The notes under the pieces were generated by a model that had not been told where the DNA came from, did not search any database, and worked only from the letters and a program-made list of their open reading frames with translations. A stretch of DNA of 64,000 nt from the NCBI GenBank assembly GCA_963725665.1, contig CAVRZA010000002.1:480001-544000 (forward strand). The letters are read 5' to 3'. Position 1 is the first letter of the stretch; each line of letters starts with the position of its first letter. A program made the translations under genes and the position numbers. This document shows positions 12,531 through 22,553 of this stretch, in pieces. This DNA comes from an uncultured Actinomycetes bacterium (lineage in GTDB: Bacteria > Actinomycetota > Thermoleophilia > UBA2241).

Positions 12531-13655
12531 ATGATCATAGGCGTGCCGAGGGAGATCAAGGATGGCGAGTACCGCGTCGCCGTCACGCCGACCGGGGTGC
12601 GCGAGTTGATCCGCGCCGGTCACAACGTGATCGTCGAAGCCGGCGCCGGCCTGGGCTCGGGGTTCTGGGACGACGCGTACACCAAGGCCGGCGCCACGAT
12701 CGGGTTGCGCGACCAGGCCTGGGAGAAGGCCGACATGGTCATCAAGGTGAAGGAGCCCCAGCCGGTCGAATGGCCCAAGCTCAAGCCCGGGCAGATCCTC
12801 TTCACCTACCTGCATCTGGCGGCGTCCTACGAGAAGGACGTCGCTGAGGCGATGATAAAGGCCGACATCCGCGCCATCGCCTACGAGACCGTCGCAACGC
12901 CCAAAGGGCATCCGCTGCTGGCGCCGATGAGCAGGGTCGCGGGGCGGCTGGCAATCCAGGCCGGCGCGACCGCCCTGCAGAAGAACAACGGCGGCTCGGG
13001 TGTGCTCCTCGGCGGCATCCCCGGCGTGCCCCCGGCGAAGGTGGTCATCATCGGCGGCGGCACCGTGGGGGTCAACGCGGCGAAGATGGCCATCGGCGCG
13101 CGCGCGCGCGTCGTCCTCCTGGAGAAGGACGCCGACCGCCTAGGCTACGTCGACGACATCTTCGGCGGCCGCGCAGAGACGATGCTCTCCAACGAAGCCA
13201 CGGTCGAGGAGGCTCTTGAGGGCGCCGATCTGGTCGTCGGCGCAGTCCTTCTCCCTGGCGGCGCCCCGGCGCCACATCTCGTCAAACGGTCCATGCTGAA
13301 GAACATGAGGCCCGGCTCGGTGCTCGTCGACGTCGCCATCGACCAGGGAGGTTGCTTCGAGACCTCGAGACCGACCACGCACAGCGATCCCACGTACGTC
13401 GTCGACGGCGTGGTGCACTACTGCGTGACCAACATGGCCGCCTCGGTGGCGCGCACGTCGACGCTGGCCCTCACCGGCGTGACCCTGCCATACGCCGTGC
13501 ACATCGCCTCGAGGGGCTTCGAGGAGGCGGTGAAGGACGACCCCGCGCTCCGCCCGGGCGTCAACGTCTACCGCGGCAATCTCACCATCGAGTCGGTGGC
13601 GCAGGCCCACGGGCTCTCCTACACCCCCCTGTCCGAGGTGATGGCGCTCGCGTAG
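12531..13655 (+). CDS. ald: alanine dehydrogenase
   Basis: MIIGVPREIK, LFTYLHLA, GGGTVG and DVAIDQGGCFETS. Confidence 0.96.
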   Translation: MIIGVPREIKDGEYRVAVTPTGVRELIRAGHNVIVEAGAGLGSGFWDDAYTKAGATIGLRDQAWEKADMVIKVKEPQPVEWPKLKPGQILFTYLHLAASYEKDVAEAMIKADIRAIAYETVATPKGHPLLAPMSRVAGRLAIQAGATALQKNNGGSGVLLGGIPGVPPAKVVIIGGGTVGVNAAKMAIGARARVVLLEKDADRLGYVDDIFGGRAETMLSNEATVEEALEGADLVVGAVLLPGGAPAPHLVKRSMLKNMRPGSVLVDVAIDQGGCFETSRPTTHSDPTYVVDGVVHYCVTNMAASVARTSTLALTGVTLPYAVHIASRGFEEAVKDDPALRPGVNVYRGNLTIESVAQAHGLSYTPLSEVMALA

Positions 13656-13929
13656 GAGGAGGGTGGTCGCGCCGCGTCATCCACGTCGGCCACCTTCGCA
13701 CGTACGACGGGGGCCGCCGGCGACGTTAGTCGCCGGCGACCCCCGTCCACTGACGCCCGGCTCTGTTCTTCGCGGTGTACAGGATCGTCGGCGGGGCAGT
13801 AGTATCCTCCTGCTCCAGCCCCCGAGAGAACGCCGCGGTTCGCTTCGCTCACGGTGGCGTGGGAGGCTCCATCCTTAGGTGGTCGCGGTGTCGCGACGAT
13901 CCCGGAGGGCAGCAACGGAGGTGATCCCC

Positions 13930-15315
13930 GTGGAGGCCAGGATCCCGACCCGCATGGGCGACGGCTCGCTGGTCGAGATGACACGCAGCGAGCTGAAAGC
14001 CGACCTCGAGGCGGGCACGCAGATCGCCGCCAAGAGAGCCAAGGTCCCCGAGCTCGCGCAGGACGAGCTCGACCACCTGCTCGACATCTACGCCTCGCCG
14101 GCACGCTTCACGGCCGTCGACATCGGCGACGAGGTCGTGATGACCAACGACGGCACCGGCAGCAAGCACATCGGTAACCGGGTGTCCGACCTGCAAGCCT
14201 ACGAGGCGCTGCTCGGCATCGACATCGTCGAGCTCTGGCAGATCGACTACTCCTACAAGGCGGTCAAGACCAACGTCGCCCACGAGGGGCAGTCGATGAA
14301 GATCGCCCAGATGCTCTGCACCAACCCCGTGCAGTACGGCGCCATGCCCGACCTGGGACGCTACTCCAAGCCCGACGGACCCATCGACAACTGGTCGGAG
14401 CTCCTGCCGCAGGGGAAGATCGACGAGGCGAGGGCGGCTCAGGAAGCGGCCGAGGGGATGCTCGTCGGCGACATCATGTTCGTTGCCGACCACATGGTCG
14501 AGGCGGGGACCGACGGCATCGACATGGACACGACTGGCGCCGCCGGCGACGCCGACTTCCGGGCCGCGCTCACCGCCTGCCGCAAGCTGCGCGAGAAGTA
14601 CCCCTGGCTGGGCATCGAGATCGGCATGGCGGCCGAGTTCGTGCTCGGCATGCACGGCAAGTTGACCTTCGACGGCGAGACCTTGGCCGGCATGTGGCCC
14701 AAGGACCAGGTGCGCATGGTCCAGCGGGCGGGGGCGAGCATCTACGGCCCCGCCGTCAACATCAACACCGGCAAGTCGACGGCTTGGAACATCGCCCGCG
14801 CCATCACCCTGATCAAGCCCGCCATGGAGGTCGCCGAGATCCCCGTGCACGTCAACGTGGGTATGGGCGTCGGCGGTGTGCCGACCTGCGTCTATCCACC
14901 CGCCGACGCCACCTCGCGGGCGTCGAAGGCCTTCGTCGACATCCTCAAGATCGACGGCTACTAGGTGGGTACGGGCGACCCCCTCGGCATGGAGTCTGCC
15001 CACACGCAGGCTTCGGGCATGGGCGGGATGCGAGCGGCCGGAGATCTGGTCGCACGCATGCAGATGACCCGGAGGATGCGTCTAGAGGAGGCCAAGCGGT
15101 ACGTGGCCGACAAGCTCGGTGTCACCCCGCGTGACCTCTCCGATCCGGTGGCGATGGAGACCGTCAGGCTTGAGAAGGGGCTGGGCACGTTGGCCTTCAC
15201 CTCGTCGGTGCACCCCGACGAGCCGGGCATGATCGAGGCCAAGTTCAACATCGCCGAGCTGCTCGACATCCCCATCAACTGCGTCGAGCGCTTCAAGGCA
15301 CGCGCGCACCTCTAG
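13930..15315 (+). CDS. mtbB: dimethylamine:corrinoid methyltransferase MtbB family, copy 1; in-frame TAG 14962-14964 (putative pyrrolysine, codon 345)
   Basis: TRMGDG, DYSYK, YGAMPDLG, GMAAEFVLGMHG, HVNVGMGVGGVP, then DGY*VGTGDPLGM...RAAGDLVARMQ in one frame; GGAGGTGA RBS. Confidence 0.93.
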
Positions 15316-15375
15316 ACAGGAGAGTAGCGAGCGCGATCTGACCCCCCGTGGGGGATCTCGCCGCCGCCGCCGCTT

Positions 15376-16050
15376 CTATCCCGCGGCTCCCGGCATCCCC
15401 TCGTACCGCACCACCCGGTCGGGCTTGCCGCAGAATGTGAAGCTGTTGTTCATGTGGTCGCGTTCGTCGAGCCCGATGCGCCGGAACACGTCCGCCCAGT
15501 TCTCGAAGTCTCCGTACTTCGTCACCACCTCGCCGACGACCGGCTGCTCTTCCCATTCCGGGTGATCGCGGACCATCTGCGCGTACGTGTGCTCGGCGTG
15601 GTCCTCGAGCTCGGCGTTGAGCAGGAAGCCCCTGCGTGTGTCGAGCATCGCCATCGCCCAGGTCAACAGGGCGTACGAGCGGGCCATCAACCGCGGGAGC
15701 GGCGGGGATAGATACCACGGTTCCTTGGCGCCGTCCTGGCGCATCTTCTCTTCGATGACGAGCAGGTGCCGGTACTCGTTGTCCTCAGCCTCCCGCGCCC
15801 AAGCAAGGATCGCGGGAGCCTTGCCCACGAGCTCCTCGTCCCGATAGCGCTGCACGCTCGGGTACTGGCGGTTCTGCCACGCCTTGTACGGTACACCGGC
15901 CAGCGTCTCCACCAGCCTGGCCTTGGCGAGCGTCGCTTCGCTTCCCACCATCAGATCCATGCTCGAAAAGAAGAACCGCGCCAGGGCTGAGTACGGATAC
16001 CGCGGCCGTTCCAGTGAAGCCTGCTGTTCCTTCCTCAGATCGACAGTCAT
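15376..16050 (-). CDS. alternative-oxidase-like di-iron carboxylate protein
   Basis: ETLAGVP, EAEDNEYRH, ELEDHAEHTY and DERDH (E/ExxH ligand pattern of the AOX/PTOX ferritin-like family). Confidence 0.75.
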   Translation of the reverse strand: MTVDLRKEQQASLERPRYPYSALARFFFSSMDLMVGSEATLAKARLVETLAGVPYKAWQNRQYPSVQRYRDEELVGKAPAILAWAREAEDNEYRHLLVIEEKMRQDGAKEPWYLSPPLPRLMARSYALLTWAMAMLDTRRGFLLNAELEDHAEHTYAQMVRDHPEWEEQPVVGEVVTKYGDFENWADVFRRIGLDERDHMNNSFTFCGKPDRVVRYEGMPGAAG

Positions 16051-16312
16051 GGCCATCTCCTCTCGGCAGGAAGGCGGGAGACCCGCTTGTTCGGACAGCG
16101 CCACTTCTCGCGCAGAGCATAGCGTGATGACCGGCGGTCTGTCTCGTTGGAGTATCGTCGCAGGCCGCGCGGGGGCGCCGGCGGCGCCGCCTCGAGATCC
16201 TTCCGCGGTGACCCTGTCGGTGTATGTCCTCTGAGTATTGATGCGCCTCGCCCTTGTCCTATGTGCTTCTCGACGGCTAGAATGCGGCACTCGCGGGTTT
16301 GTCGAAAGGAGA

Positions 16313-17352
16313 ATGATGCGTTCGATTCCTAAGGTACTCTTTGTCGTTGTACTTGTGGCGGCGGTCGCCGCCGTCGGTCTCGCCGCCGGGTGCGGCAGTC
16401 GAGGCAACGTCCAGCAGTGCCTCGCCCAGCGCCGCCGCCAGCGTAGACAAGACCCAGGCGTTCAAGATCGGCATCAGCCAGTTCGTGACCCATCCGGCGC
16501 TCGATGCGACCGTCGAAGGCTTCAAGACCGCTCTGGCGGATGCCGGTTTCACCAACATCACCTACGACCTGCAGAACGCCCAGGCCGACATGCCGACCAC
16601 CTCGACGCATCGCGCAGAAGTTCGCCGGCGAGGGACCTCGATCTGATCCTCGGCGTCGCGACGCCGAGCTCGCAGGCGCTGGCCAAGGCCATCACGACGA
16701 CGCCCATCGTCTTCTCGGCGGTCACCGACCCGGTCGGCGCGGGGCTCGTCACGGACCCCGGCGCTCCCGACGCCAACGTGACCGGCGTCAGCGACATGCA
16801 GCCGGTGGAGCCGATCCTCGACCTCGTCAAGCAGCTCAAGCCCGACGCCAAGGCGGTCGGCGCCATCTACAACGCCGGCGAGTCGAACTCGGTCTTCCTC
16901 GTGAATGCCGAGAAGAAGTACGCGCCCTCGCTGGGTCTCGAGATCGTCGATGCCACCGCCGGCACGTCGGCTGAGGTGCAGGCCGCCGCCCAGTCGCTCA
17001 TCGGACGCGTCGATGCCATCACGGTCATCGGCGACAACATCGCCGTGACTCGGCGCTCGAGTCGATCGTCAAGGTCTGCAACGAGAACGACATCCTGCTG
17101 CTCGCCGGCGACCCCGACAGCGTCAAGCGTGGTGCCGCGGCGGGCTACGGTTTCGACTACACGACCGTGGGCAAGGAGGCTGGTATGGTGGCCGCGCAGA
17201 TCCTCAGCGGCACGCCGGTCGCGGACGTCCCGGTGGTGTTCGTCAAGGACAAGCCTGAGAACCTGCAGCTCTCGGTCAACGAGAAGGCAGCCAAGGCCCA
17301 GGGGGTCACCCTCCCCGCCGACCTGATCAGCCAGGCCGTCAACAAGTTCTGA
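16313..17352 (+). CDS. ABC transporter substrate-binding lipoprotein (ABC_sub_bind, aromatic amino acid-type); frameshifted
   Basis: lipobox LAAGC, IGISQFVTHPALD, NAQAD, PIVFSAVTDP and NVTGVSD spread over three frames. Confidence 0.85.
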
Positions 17353-17399
17353 TCGACCGCGGCCCTCGCATGACATGAGGGCCGCGGACGAGGTAGTGT

Positions 17400-17436
17400 G
17401 CCGAGAGCCGGGGTCGTCACGACCCCGGCTCTCGGC
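17400..17436. repeat. 18-bp perfect inverted repeat (intercistronic stem-loop)
   Basis: GCCGAGAGCCGGGGTCGT-C-ACGACCCCGGCTCTCGGC. Confidence 0.8.
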
Positions 17437-17454
17437 GATCAGGAGACGGCATCC

Positions 17455-18357
17455 TTGGAGACCATCCTCACCAGCGCGCTCGGACAGGGGCTGCTGTACT
17501 GCTTCATGGTGCTGGGCGTCTTCATCACGTTCCGTGTGCTCGACTTCCCCGACCTCACGGTCGACGGGAGCTTGCCGCTCGGCGCGGCCGTCTCCGCGGC
17601 TCTCATCGTGAACGGACAGCCGCCGTGGCTGGCGACGCTCATAGGCGTCAGCGCCGGGGTGTGTGCCGGGCTCGCGACCGGCGGCCTGCACATCCTTCTC
17701 AAGTCGGGTGAGAGCGACAGCAACAACTACGGTCCCAAGCTGCTTGCCGGCATCCTCACGATGACGGCGCTCTACACGGTGAACCTGCGTGTGATGGGCC
17801 GCAGCAACACCCCCCTGCTGGGGATCGATACGGTCTTCGAGAAGCTCGCCGGAGTCCTCGCGACTCCGATCACGCCCTGGGTCCTGGTCGCGGTGCTGGC
17901 GGTGCTCATGGTCGCCGTGAAGTACCTGATCGACTGGTTCTTGCACACCGAGTTCGGTCTGTGCATGCAGGCGACCGGCGACAACGAGCAGATGATCCGC
18001 GCCACGGGCACGAACACCGACCTGATGCGTGTCATCGGCCTGGGTGTGGCCAACGGCCTGGTCGCGCTCAGCGGTGCTCTGGTCGCCCAGCAGCAGGGCT
18101 TCGCCGACGTCGGCATGGGCATCGGTACCATCGTCGCCGGCCTCGCCGGCGTGATCATCGGCGAGGTCCTCTTCGGCGCCAGGAGCATCAGTTGGGTGCT
18201 CTTCAGCGTGGTCGGCGGGTCCATCGTCTACCGGCTGCTGATCGCCGTCAGCCTGCGCTTCGGCATCGCGCCCACCGACCTGAAGCTGCTCACCGCCGTC
18301 CTCGTCGTCGCGGCGCTGTCGATCCCGACGGTGCGCAGCAAGGTGGTGCGCGTGTGA
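17455..18357 (+). CDS. ABC transporter permease
   Basis: FRVLDFPDLTVDGS, GFADVGMGIG and multiple TM helices. Confidence 0.92.
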   Translation: METILTSALGQGLLYCFMVLGVFITFRVLDFPDLTVDGSLPLGAAVSAALIVNGQPPWLATLIGVSAGVCAGLATGGLHILLKSGESDSNNYGPKLLAGILTMTALYTVNLRVMGRSNTPLLGIDTVFEKLAGVLATPITPWVLVAVLAVLMVAVKYLIDWFLHTEFGLCMQATGDNEQMIRATGTNTDLMRVIGLGVANGLVALSGALVAQQQGFADVGMGIGTIVAGLAGVIIGEVLFGARSISWVLFSVVGGSIVYRLLIAVSLRFGIAPTDLKLLTAVLVVAALSIPTVRSKVVRV

Positions 18358-19163
18358 GCGCCCCCGCCACACTCACGCTGCGCGGCGCGCGCAAGGTGTT
18401 CTTCCCCGGCACCGTCAATGAGGTGGAAGCGCTCGCCGGGATCGACCTCGACGTGCCCGCGGGTCAGTTCGTGAGCATCATCGGCTCCAACGGGTCGGGC
18501 AAGTCGACCCTGCTCAACGCTATCGCCGGCACCTTCCGCCTCACTTCCGGGAGGGTCCTGCTGGACGAAAGGGACGTGTCACGGCAGCCTGAACACGTTC
18601 GCAGCCGGTCGATCGGGAGGGTGTTCCAGGACCCGCGCGCCGGTACGGCGCCGTCCATGACGATCGAGGAGAACATCGCCATCTCACTCCTGCGCTCGCG
18701 GCGCAGCGGGCTGCGGCGGGGCGTGACGAACTCCCGGCGGGCGGTCATGAGGAAGCAGTTGACGCCGTTGCACATGGGCCTCGAGCAGCGGCTGGGAGCG
18801 CAGGTGCTCAAGCTGTCTGGCGGGCAGCGGCAGGCCCTGTCGCTGCTCATGGCGACGATCGCCGAGCCCAGCCTGTTGTTGCTCGACGAGCACACGGCGG
18901 CTCTCGACCCCAAGGTGGCGGCGACGATCATGGACCTCACGGAGGCCATCGTCGTCGAGCGCGGCCTGACGACGCTCATGGTCACGCACAACATGGACCT
19001 CGCGCTGCGCTACGGCGACCGGCTGATGATGATGCACGCCGGGCGCGTCGTGCTCGACATCGACCGCGCTCAGAAGGAGATCCTGACGGTAGCTGACCTC
19101 GTCGCCAAGTTCCACGACGTCGCCGGCGAGGCGCTCGCCGTCGACCGTCTCCTGCTCGACTGA
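18354..19163 (+). CDS. ABC transporter ATP-binding protein
   Basis: GSNGSGKS, LSGGQ and LLLDEHTAALDP. Confidence 0.95.
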   Translation: MSAPATLTLRGARKVFFPGTVNEVEALAGIDLDVPAGQFVSIIGSNGSGKSTLLNAIAGTFRLTSGRVLLDERDVSRQPEHVRSRSIGRVFQDPRAGTAPSMTIEENIAISLLRSRRSGLRRGVTNSRRAVMRKQLTPLHMGLEQRLGAQVLKLSGGQRQALSLLMATIAEPSLLLLDEHTAALDPKVAATIMDLTEAIVVERGLTTLMVTHNMDLALRYGDRLMMMHAGRVVLDIDRAQKEILTVADLVAKFHDVAGEALAVDRLLLD

Positions 19164-19247
19164 TACCCGCCCTGGTGATCTCGTTGCTCGTGCCTGCGCG
19201 GCCGCGTGAGGAGCCCTTCGCGCGGCCGGCCGGGACGTCCGGCCGAG

Positions 19248-20695
19248 TCAGCTCCGGAGCTCGCGATCGGCGGCTTCGAGGATCGCTGTCGAGCTCTCTC
19301 GCCTTGTCGTCGGCGAGCGGCTCCGGCCGGTAGCGCTGCAGGATCTCGATGCCGCGCTCGCGCGCGACCTCGAGAGGATCCCGGTAGCGGCCCGTCGACT
19401 CCAGTTCGTGCGCCAGGCCGCGCATCATCGCCGCCGGCATGTGGGCGCGCGTGTGACGGTGTCGCCAGGTAGTGCCCGCCCGGCCCGACGTCATCGACGA
19501 CCTCCAGCGCGAGCTCGTCATCGTCGACGGGGATGTCGAGCACCCCGAAGCGCACGCGATGGTAGAGCTCGTCGTCGAGGACCATCTTCTCGGGACTGAA
19601 GAGGGTGTAGGTCTTGGAGAGGCCGATGGCCGTGAACGTCTCGGCCCTGTCGAGCGCCGCGAAGGTGAGCGGGTGGAGCTCTTCCATGGTCGACTGCCAG
19701 GAGTCGGTGGCCACGGCGTCGGTACCGCCGTAGCCGGCCATCGTCGGCAGCCCCACGTGGTGCATCAACTCGGTGGGGAGGAAGAACCCTCGGCTGTCGA
19801 GCGGGAAGCTCACCGTCGCACCGGTGCGCGGGTCGGCGTACACCTGGAAGATGGCGCCCAGGACCGGTGCTCCGGGGTGGGCGAGCTGGAGGACGACGGC
19901 GCCGGCGACGACCTCGGCGAGGCCGAGAGCGTAGGCCCCGGCCTTCGTCGCCGGCGCCGTCGTGCCCAGCGTAGGCATGCTCACGAAGCACACCGGCACG
20001 CCGGCTTCGGCGAAGACCAGCGCCGCCTCGATGCCGTCGCGGTCGAGGACCAGGGGCGAGACGGTGCCGATGAGATTCGACAACACCGGCTTGGCGCGCA
20101 ACGCCTCGCGGCCGCCGGCGACGACCTCGGCCATGGCGACCGCGTGCCGCGCGTGCCGCTTGCCCTGCACCATGCCCTGAAGATGCTTGACCGTGTTGTT
20201 CCAGCCGGCGTCGAGCTCGTGGAGCTGAGCGGTCTGCCCGCAGTCACCGGCGCCGACTGTCGGCCACCAGAAGCAGATCGAGCCGAGGTAGTCCTGCATG
20301 CGCGTGACCTCGGCGACGTCTGCCTTGGTCGAGAGGCGGCGCTCGCCGGTCATCCAGTCGATGACCTCGATGCCGCAGCCGTCGGTCGTGCCGTAGGAGT
20401 AGCCGCTCGCCAGGTCGAGGTCGCAGGAACCGTCGCGCGAGCCGAACCAGAACGAGCGCGGCGCTGTGGCCAGCGCGCGTGAGACGAGCTCGGCCGGCAG
20501 CCTCGCCGTCTCACGCGCGCCGTCGACCACGGCGCCGCGCTCGGCGAGCAGGCGCAGCGTGTCGGGCGAGAGAACCTTCACGCCGGTCCTCTCGAGAATA
20601 TCGAAGGCCGCCGTCGCCAGACGATCGAGCTGTTGCGGTGTGTGCATGCTCAAGGCGAAATCGCTGCGCAGCGGCGCCAGCGGCTGGCGGCGCAT
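19248..20695 (-). CDS. MttB-superfamily (trimethylamine methyltransferase-like) methyltransferase, non-pyrrolysine; two 3' frameshifts
   Basis: ILERTGV, LATAP, VSPL, GTTAPAT, GLP...TDA and VGPGGHYL; no TAG at the Pyl-equivalent position; C-terminus recoverable across shifts near 19465 and 19287. Confidence 0.88.
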
Positions 20696-21170
20696 ATCTT
20701 CTTGCGCTCCTTGCACCACGTCTTGTGACTCTGGCTGTGTCATCCGCTCGGGCTCCCTGCTGTCGGTGCGTCGCACCACGCCGCGAAGGAGTCTAGCATC
20801 TCGGCGAACGAGTCGGTCAGCCAAGACCGCGTGCCTGTTCGGGAGGTCGGGTGGTTCATCGCGATCCGCTTCGTCGCGCGGTCCTTGTCCCGGCGACTCC
20901 GAGCGCGACCTCGGCGTTCGCTTGTCTTCGGTGAGCCAGCCAGGCAATACTTGCGCGGATGCGACGAGCGCTCCCCGGATGCGAGCCCGAGCACTGGTTA
21001 GACTGAGGTACGGCAGTCCGGGAACAGAGCCGGGCGATGATTGCAGTGCGATGACGCATCCGTCTTAATGAAGAGGATGGGGCAGAGGCTGTGCCGGCCT
21101 GGACCGGCACCGACGCGAGTGGTACGGGTCCCGGCTCGAAAGGGCCGGGCCACCAAGGGGGTGGCAGTAG

Positions 21171-22379
21171 ATGCACGACGACCGTGACGTCGGCCTGGGG
21201 CCGGCCGAGCAAGCAGAGCGCCTGGCGCAAGAGGTATGCGAGGGGCGGCTCAGCCGACGTGAGTTCATCACACGTGCCGCGGCGCTGGGCCTGGGAGTGT
21301 CGGCCATCGGGACTCTCCTGGCTGCTTGCGGTACGACCTCGAACTCCAGCGCGACCGCCAGCGCGTCGCCGGCGGCGATGGACACGACGCTCCCTAAGAA
21401 GCTCTACATCTACAACTGGAGCGACTACTCCTCGCAGCAGGTCTACGACGACTTCAAGAAGCAGTACGGCATCACGGTCGTGGAGAGCTTCTACGACGGC
21501 AACGAGACCCTGAACACCAAGCTGAGGGCCGGCGCCGGCGGCTACGACGTGGTGTTCCCGACCGACAAGTGGGTGAGCATCAACGCCAAAAGTGGCCTCA
21601 TCCAGCCGCTGAACATGAGCCTGATCCCCAACTTCGCCAAGTACGTCACCCAGCCGCTCTTCAAGGCGCCGCCGTTCGACGACCCTGCCAAGCAGGGCGG
21701 CAAGAAGTACTCGGTGCCCTACATGTTCGGCACGACCGGCATCGGCATCCGGCGCGACAAGGTGCCGAGCGTCGACTCCCTCGACTCCTGGGCCATCATG
21801 TGGGACGCGGCGTGGAAGCGGGACATCTCAATGCTTGACGAGCCTGTCGAGTGCGTCAACGCTGCCCTCATGTACCTGGGGTATCCGGCCAACTCGACCG
21901 ACCAGAGCCAGATCGACGCCGCCATCAACAAGCTCATCGAGCAGAAGCCCCTGGTGGTGCAGTACACCTCGACCGTCGACAAGCGCGAGATGATCCAGGG
22001 CGTGCCGCTGGTGCACTGCTGGGACGGCGACGCGGCGGCGGCCATGAAGGACATCGGACAGGCGAAGCTGCGCTACATGCTGCCCAAGGAAGGATTCATG
22101 CTGTGGATGGACGGCATCGCCATCCCCGCGACGGCGCCCAGCCCCTACGCCGCGCACCTCTTCCTCAACTTCATCCTCGATCCGGTGAACGCCGGGGCGG
22201 CGGCCACCTACATCGGTTATCAGCCGGCCGTCGAGGCGGCCATGCAGTACATCACCGACCCCGTGCAGAAGGCGATGCGGCCGACGCCCGAGCTCCTCGA
22301 CAAGGGCCAGCTGCCCAAGGACCTGGGCGCCTTCGAGCAGATGTACCAGGACGCCTGGGCCAAGGTGAAGAGCTCCTGA
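21171..22379 (+). CDS. PotD/PotF-family polyamine-binding lipoprotein with Tat signal
   Basis: SRREFI Tat motif, LAAC lipobox, YNWSDY, YDVVFP, PKEG..LW.D. Confidence 0.9.
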   Translation: MHDDRDVGLGPAEQAERLAQEVCEGRLSRREFITRAAALGLGVSAIGTLLAACGTTSNSSATASASPAAMDTTLPKKLYIYNWSDYSSQQVYDDFKKQYGITVVESFYDGNETLNTKLRAGAGGYDVVFPTDKWVSINAKSGLIQPLNMSLIPNFAKYVTQPLFKAPPFDDPAKQGGKKYSVPYMFGTTGIGIRRDKVPSVDSLDSWAIMWDAAWKRDISMLDEPVECVNAALMYLGYPANSTDQSQIDAAINKLIEQKPLVVQYTSTVDKREMIQGVPLVHCWDGDAAAAMKDIGQAKLRYMLPKEGFMLWMDGIAIPATAPSPYAAHLFLNFILDPVNAGAAATYIGYQPAVEAAMQYITDPVQKAMRPTPELLDKGQLPKDLGAFEQMYQDAWAKVKSS

Positions 22380-22553
22380 ACCGAGATCGGCGCCAGGGGT
22401 GAGAGCGTGGGGCGGCGCCGGCCGCTGCGGGCGAGTGAGTCTCGCCCGCAGCGGCCGGCGCCGCCCCCTTTGGTAGCATTGCAGAGCCCGGGTCGCCGGC
22501 TGGCCCAGGCGCCCGGCGAGCGACAATCGCGACCTCGAGGGGGTGGTTGCACG

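Noticed and set aside
14965-15315. Independent small ORFs after each mtbB stop (14965, 23613, 25158, 33627)
   Set aside because: They are the C-terminal domain of MtbB, have no RBS of their own, and continue the frame through the TAG (25158 lies past the copy-3 indel)
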